DNA of 64,000 nt, from the IMG/VR virus record IMGVR_UViG_3300025840_000032, positions 457 through 64,456 of that record; one strand, 5' to 3'. This DNA comes from a virus. Lineage: Duplodnaviria > Caudoviricetes. This document shows, in pieces, positions 58,816 through 64,000 of this stretch. The position numbers and the translations under genes are program-made. Numbering within the stretch: the first letter of the stretch is position 1; every line of letters starts with the position of its first letter. The notes under the pieces were generated by a model. It was not told the DNA's origin, ran no database searches, and worked only from the letters and a program-made list of their open reading frames with translations.

Positions 58816-59397
58816 ATGACAACAAATTACACACAAAGTCCTTTTAATAAGGAACGTCAAGATAAATTTTTATTGGTTATTCCAGTTCCGGAAGTTTTAA
58901 AGGATGATGTATCCAAAACGGTTAGAAGTAATGAGTTTGTTAATCCAGATTCAGTCCAATTTTCGATTTATGGTAGTATTATACCACCTATTGATATACC
59001 GGAAATAGAAGTTAGATATGCTGGTCAAAACCTTCATGTCACTAGCCATAACAGGCTTACATACCCTCCAATTGATGTAAATTTTACAATTGATAATAGA
59101 TTTAACAATTACTGGTTTATTTACAAGTGGTTAGATAAATTGCAAGATGATTATAAGGCATATTTTGATGCGGACAACAATCTCGACATTGGAGAGGTTG
59201 TAGAACGTAAGTATATGGCAGATTTCACCATATATGGATTAGACGAATACAACAAAAAAATTGTACAATTTAATTTCACCAAAGGATTTCCGACAAATTT
59301 AGGGGGTATTGAGTATAATTATCGGAATCCGAATGAGATAGAAACTACCTTCCGGTTAGCTTACAGTCAATTTAAGGTTGGGCTAGTGCAAGTATAG
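58816..59397 (+). CDS. tail tube-fold protein (gp3/tail completion-like)
   Basis: F.I....IP.I, Y.PI.V.F.ID..F.NY..IYKW, F...FP..LG.I.Y pattern. Confidence 0.6.
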   Translation: MTTNYTQSPFNKERQDKFLLVIPVPEVLKDDVSKTVRSNEFVNPDSVQFSIYGSIIPPIDIPEIEVRYAGQNLHVTSHNRLTYPPIDVNFTIDNRFNNYWFIYKWLDKLQDDYKAYFDADNNLDIGEVVERKYMADFTIYGLDEYNKKIVQFNFTKGFPTNLGGIEYNYRNPNEIETTFRLAYSQFKVGLVQV

Positions 59398-59459
59398 GTA
59401 TTATTTAATATAAACATATGATTTAGGATTTTTATTTGTAAAAATCCATAAATATACAT

Positions 59460-62006
59460 ATGGCAAGAAGAACAATACAAAGTCCGGGTGTTGAAATCAA
59501 TGAAATTGATTTGTCATTGCGCGCGGCAGATAAAATTGGCACAAATATATTTATTACAGGATTTGCTCCTCAAGGTCCAAGCGATGAAATTGTTCAAGTT
59601 TCAAGTTTGTCTGAGTTTACACAGATTTATGGTACACCAACAAACGCAGCTGAACGATATTTTTACCATACCGTTGCTCAGTCCTTTAATAGTCGAGCAA
59701 ATATTTTGGTAAATCGTTTACCATATGGTGCAAGTTTAGGTGACGGATTTACAAACAAATATTTCGCAACAGTTTACCCTGTTATACCTGTTAATAAAAC
59801 AGCATACGACACATATGCTGGTACAAGTTATCAATATTTATCTGCAAATTTTGACGTTCAATGGGATGGATATACGAGTGGAACAACCTTTACATCACAG
59901 TTTTCACCAGCATCTGCAAATAATACCATGATTTATTTCATTGGTAAACCAACATTTGTTGCATTAACCCAAGAACAATATGTAGCAATTTTAGATGATT
60001 CGGCATTTAATTGGAGTAACACACCAGCTAGAGCAACTGAATTTACCATCGATAATAACAACACAACTTTAACAGGTCAATTTTCAGCTAGTAACTTTGC
60101 TGGAGCCGGTCTTATTGTTCTAAATACTGCGAAAACAGCTATTAATCAAAAGCTTGAAGGATATTATATGGCAATTGCTGATAATACTAACCTTTACGCT
60201 TCAACAAATTATGACGATATTACACGATTTACCGTTTCAAAGAACGAAACCGATGATGTTGTTCAATATAGCTCTTTAGCAACTATTCCACAGTCTAGAT
60301 TAAACTTTACATTATCAGCTGATTATAACGCTGAAGCAATTGCTAGCAATATATCTCAAACCCAGGAAAGCATTCCTACATTTGAAATCAATAAAACATC
60401 GTTCGACGATACTATTGTATTTGGTTTGTATAAGTTGAGAACCTCGGTCTTTTCTCCAGAAGTAACCAAATTGGATTATGTTTTAGAAGAAGGATATACA
60501 GGTAGTATTGATTATTATCGGCAGATTAATAATTCATCTGGTGGTGCACCAGTGAGTTTTTATGTGCCTCAAATAGTAAACAATAATAGCGTTAACTTTG
60601 CAGTTAAAATTAACCCATACATCTCTGGTAGATTTGCTGGGGCGTCTCTAAATGATGATGGTACACCACAACGGCGTGTTAGAGTTATAACTGACGAATT
60701 AATCAATAATGTGTATACCGGTGAAAACCCAGCGTCGCAATATTTACAAATTGTTGGTTTATCGTCTAGCAATGTTCAAGATATCAGTGATGGTAATAGT
60801 TATTTTCAAGTATTATCAGCTGAAAATCCGGTTGATATGGTACCATATGAATATGGAACATTATATGCTCCTGGTTTTGGTCAATCTACAGCATTACCAG
60901 CTGCTAAATATAGTACATCAAAAGCATCCAATAATGTTATCGGAGATATTCCAGGTAAATTAGATCGTGTATTTGATAGATTAGCAAATGTTGATTTATT
61001 TGATATCGATATTATGCCAGAAGCTGGGTTAGGTACTATCCATGCAACAGTTCAACATACAACAAATGCAACGAATCTTGCTAATGGTTATTTTGATGAT
61101 CGGGATTCAGTAACTGGATTAAATGGATTATCTGCAACCGGGATATCATTGAGTACTGCTGCTACTAATTTAAGATCTTCTTGGGCTACAGTGCAATCTA
61201 AATTTATTAATTTTACACAAAATATTCGAAAGGATTTTATATATATTTCGGATCCATTACGACAAATCTTTATTACCGGTGATAACCAAAAGGGTATCAA
61301 TGTTCCAGGACAAACATTTCCATTAAACATCTTAACACCGTTAAAACAATTGTATAGTATTATTAATACCAACTATGCATCTGCTTATGCATCGTATGTT
61401 CAAGTATATGATTCGAATGTAGGTGGTCAGGTTTGGATACCATTCTCTGGTATAGCTGCAGCAAATTATGCTAGAACAGATGCAAATTTTGCACCATGGT
61501 ATGCACCAGCTGGTTTCACACGTGGATTAATTAATGTTAATGATATTGCATTATATCCAACACAAAAACAACGCGATCAGATTTATGATCAAGTTAATAT
61601 TAACCCAGTTGCATTCTTCCCTAGCGAAGGATTTGTAATATTCGGTCAGAAAACATTACAATCACAACCTAGTGCATTCGATAGAGTTAATGTTCGTAGA
61701 TTGTTCTTATATCTTGAAAAACGAACAAGAGAAACAGTTAAATATTTTGTGTTTGAACCAAACACATTGTTTACTAGAACAAATGTTATTAACATTCTTA
61801 CTCCAATCTTTGAAGATGCAAAGAATAATGAAGGGTTATATGATTACCTCATTGTATGCGATGAGAGAAATAATACACCCGATGTGATCGATGCTAACGA
61901 GTTAGTGATAGATATATATCTTAAACCCACGAGAGCGGCAGAGTTCATTTTGGTAAATTTTTACGCTACAAGAACCGGTCAAGATTTCTCAGAAATCGTT
62001 GGTTAA
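59460..62006 (+). CDS. gp18: contractile tail sheath
   Basis: SPGVEINEIDLS, PWYAPAG..RG, GQKTL, RVNVRRLF, FEPN, EFI.VNF.A. Confidence 0.95.
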   Translation: MARRTIQSPGVEINEIDLSLRAADKIGTNIFITGFAPQGPSDEIVQVSSLSEFTQIYGTPTNAAERYFYHTVAQSFNSRANILVNRLPYGASLGDGFTNKYFATVYPVIPVNKTAYDTYAGTSYQYLSANFDVQWDGYTSGTTFTSQFSPASANNTMIYFIGKPTFVALTQEQYVAILDDSAFNWSNTPARATEFTIDNNNTTLTGQFSASNFAGAGLIVLNTAKTAINQKLEGYYMAIADNTNLYASTNYDDITRFTVSKNETDDVVQYSSLATIPQSRLNFTLSADYNAEAIASNISQTQESIPTFEINKTSFDDTIVFGLYKLRTSVFSPEVTKLDYVLEEGYTGSIDYYRQINNSSGGAPVSFYVPQIVNNNSVNFAVKINPYISGRFAGASLNDDGTPQRRVRVITDELINNVYTGENPASQYLQIVGLSSSNVQDISDGNSYFQVLSAENPVDMVPYEYGTLYAPGFGQSTALPAAKYSTSKASNNVIGDIPGKLDRVFDRLANVDLFDIDIMPEAGLGTIHATVQHTTNATNLANGYFDDRDSVTGLNGLSATGISLSTAATNLRSSWATVQSKFINFTQNIRKDFIYISDPLRQIFITGDNQKGINVPGQTFPLNILTPLKQLYSIINTNYASAYASYVQVYDSNVGGQVWIPFSGIAAANYARTDANFAPWYAPAGFTRGLINVNDIALYPTQKQRDQIYDQVNINPVAFFPSEGFVIFGQKTLQSQPSAFDRVNVRRLFLYLEKRTRETVKYFVFEPNTLFTRTNVINILTPIFEDAKNNEGLYDYLIVCDERNNTPDVIDANELVIDIYLKPTRAAEFILVNFYATRTGQDFSEIVG

Positions 62007-62028
62007 TAACAAATCCAATTAAATTCAC

Positions 62029-62054
62029 AGGGCTAGTTCATCTAGCCCTTTTTT
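62029..62054 (+). terminator. intrinsic terminator after sheath gene
   Basis: AGGGCTAG-ttcat-CTAGCCCT followed by T-run. Confidence 0.85.
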
Positions 62055-62094
62055 ATTGTTCACTTAAAACTACCTGGAGCGCATAAATAATAAT

Positions 62095-62643
62095 ATGCCA
62101 GACGTACGTCAAACAATAGCTGATTTTTATAGAGTAGCAGTTGAACGAGATTTTGCAAGAGATTTTCAATTTAGAGTACTGAGTATTGATTCAGGTGGAT
62201 CAAGCTCCGTTACGTTTGATGAAGACGATCTCGTATATTGCACAACTGCGAATTTACCTGCAAGACAAGTAACCAATGTTGCTGTGCCATACATGGGATT
62301 AAACTTTAATATCCCTGGGAATGCAACATATCCTGGAAGTGATAACTATTCACTACAATTTTACTGTGATCAAAACTCTCAAATTCGACAGAAATTTGAA
62401 GATATGTCACGAGACATTTTTGATGATGCAACATCAACTGGAAATTACTTTGCTCCAAGACAATCTGCAGTTATTGATTTAGTTCAATTAGATACCCAAT
62501 TAAATGAAGTTGCTCAATATCAGTTAATCGGAGCATCAGTTCGAAATGTTGGTGAATTAAATTATAATATCTCTGCAGGATCTGGAACAATTGTTAATTT
62601 TACTGTTTCATTAGCTTACCATTACTTTAGACGACGCGAATAA
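62095..62643 (+). CDS. gp19: tail tube protein
   Basis: Follows sheath; AR..QFRV, A.LP, VPYMG....IPG, V.QLD, F.V.LAY. Confidence 0.85.
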   Translation: MPDVRQTIADFYRVAVERDFARDFQFRVLSIDSGGSSSVTFDEDDLVYCTTANLPARQVTNVAVPYMGLNFNIPGNATYPGSDNYSLQFYCDQNSQIRQKFEDMSRDIFDDATSTGNYFAPRQSAVIDLVQLDTQLNEVAQYQLIGASVRNVGELNYNISAGSGTIVNFTVSLAYHYFRRRE

Positions 62644-62644
62644 T

Positions 62645-63004
62645 GTGAACTCCGAACAAAAATACGACTTAACCTTCGAAGAATCCCGGACGAAATCTGG
62701 GATTCAGTTTGTTATGTATGTTGTTCGAAATAATAGACGATATCGCGCTGGTAAAATATCTGTTTATATGGATGATGAAGATAGATATTTAGTAGAATCA
62801 TCCTATCTAAATGAAAAATATAGAGGTAAAGGTCTTGGTAAAAAATTGTATACCTATGCATTAGAATCGTTAGGAATATTAAAAACTAATTATTTTGAAG
62901 CAAGTGTGTTGGCTCAACATGTTTGGAGATCACTTACAAAACAATATAAATCCAGAAAACATTTTTTTAATGGAACACTTACCCTATACAATACCCTTAA
63001 ATAA
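62645..63004 (+). CDS. GNAT acetyltransferase
   Basis: YRGKGLGKKLY acetyl-CoA motif; S..A..VW..L. Confidence 0.75.
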   Translation: MNSEQKYDLTFEESRTKSGIQFVMYVVRNNRRYRAGKISVYMDDEDRYLVESSYLNEKYRGKGLGKKLYTYALESLGILKTNYFEASVLAQHVWRSLTKQYKSRKHFFNGTLTLYNTLK

Positions 63005-63009
63005 TTATT

Positions 63010-63876
63010 GTGAATAACCCATTTACTAATGCAATCCGTGGTTTAGGTGAGAATGCTAGTGGTCTATTAACTGGAACTAATCCACTATCTCAACCACAAA
63101 TAACTTCTGTTTTTGGATTTACTGTACCTGGTACCCCGTTAATTAGTACACGAGATTTCTTCTTATCTCAAATGGAATCGTGGTTTACTACTATACCACT
63201 CCGTACTCAATGGATGTTACTTATTCAAGGATATCCACAGTTATTACAAACAGAAGTAGTTCAATCATTAGAAGATAGGGCTGGTAACTATAATAATTTT
63301 GATATTAACCAAGCTGTTAGTATTCTAAAATCATATCCGTTGAATAAAGTAATCGGTTGTGTGTTTGCTCAAGGAATTGATATCCCTAGCATGCAAAAAT
63401 TATCAACTAGTAAAACTAAAGTGTTTAATGATAAACAACGTGGTTTTATCCCAGGTCAAATTAGTGAGGGCAAAAATTCATTTGATAATTTAACAATTCA
63501 GTTTAGAGAAACAAATACATCCTTTGTTGATTTTGTTGTTAGACCGTGGTCTATGTTGTCTAGTCATTTTGGTTTTGTTGCTAGACAACAAGGGGATTTA
63601 AGAGATGTATCCACAACAATTTCAATCTTACAATTTACTAGATCATATCAGAAATTATCTCAAATACCACGCAAAATTTGGACATTTTATAATTGTTTCC
63701 CCGTATCCGTTGGTAATCAAAATTTAACATACGATCAAGAAGCAATGGATATTAATACAACCGAATGGACTTATTCGAATTATACCGTTCAAAATAATTT
63801 GTATCTACCATTACCGGATATTATTAATAAAATTGCATCTGGTAATATCAATCGAATATCTCCATTTCAACGTTGA
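63010..63876 (+). CDS. tail tube-fold baseplate/tube initiator (gp54/gp48-like)
   Basis: LTIQF.ET, W.FYNCFP.SVG...L.YD tube-fold pattern; late promoter. Confidence 0.55.
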   Translation: MNNPFTNAIRGLGENASGLLTGTNPLSQPQITSVFGFTVPGTPLISTRDFFLSQMESWFTTIPLRTQWMLLIQGYPQLLQTEVVQSLEDRAGNYNNFDINQAVSILKSYPLNKVIGCVFAQGIDIPSMQKLSTSKTKVFNDKQRGFIPGQISEGKNSFDNLTIQFRETNTSFVDFVVRPWSMLSSHFGFVARQQGDLRDVSTTISILQFTRSYQKLSQIPRKIWTFYNCFPVSVGNQNLTYDQEAMDINTTEWTYSNYTVQNNLYLPLPDIINKIASGNINRISPFQR

Positions 63877-63905
63877 TATTGTTAGGAGATCATTTAAATT
63901 TTATT

Positions 63906-64000
63906 ATGGATTTTGTATTTCCAATAACCATAACTAAAAGTAGGGTTGTATATTGTAAAGAACTTACAAATGGGGATATCTTATCAATCCAAAAATATAT
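63906..64000 (+). CDS. partial ORF, probably a baseplate protein
   Basis: MDFVFPITITKSRVVYCKELT... runs off the window; tail-cluster context only. Confidence 0.45.
   Translation, partial: MDFVFPITITKSRVVYCKELTNGDILSIQKY

Noticed and set aside
155-61887. Numerous 60-115 aa ORFs antisense to or out of frame within recognised genes
   Set aside because: Shadow ORFs with no recognisable motifs, promoters or translational coupling

Overview
An AT-rich segment of a large T4-like (myovirus) phage genome in the standard genetic code. No tRNA, rRNA or CRISPR array was recognised. It carries the T4-type replication/recombination core (uvsY, uvsW, gp55, gp47, gp46, family B polymerase, uvsX, gp41, gp32, gp45, RNase H, gp61) and virion genes (gp14, terminase gp17, sheath gp18, tube gp19). 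It also encodes a dispersed 7-deazaguanine pathway (folE, queD, queE, queC, class II amidotransferase) and about a dozen sugar-nucleotide and glycan-modifying enzymes. Main highlights: (1) the DNA polymerase is in pieces. It is split at the fingers tip by an antisense GIY-YIG endonuclease gene, and its second subunit is interrupted by an ORF-less 240-nt group I intron that the ORF track misses. (2) About 20 late-promoter genes share an N-terminal motif resembling the T4 capsid-targeting sequence, suggesting a large packaged and injected cargo: a diversifying LRR family, ligase-like, nuclease-like, nucleotidyltransferase and protease proteins. (3) Promoters sit 5-9 nt from start codons throughout, implying leaderless mRNAs. 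(4) CCGG looks strongly over-represented. All calls come from motif recognition by eye; no database searches were run.
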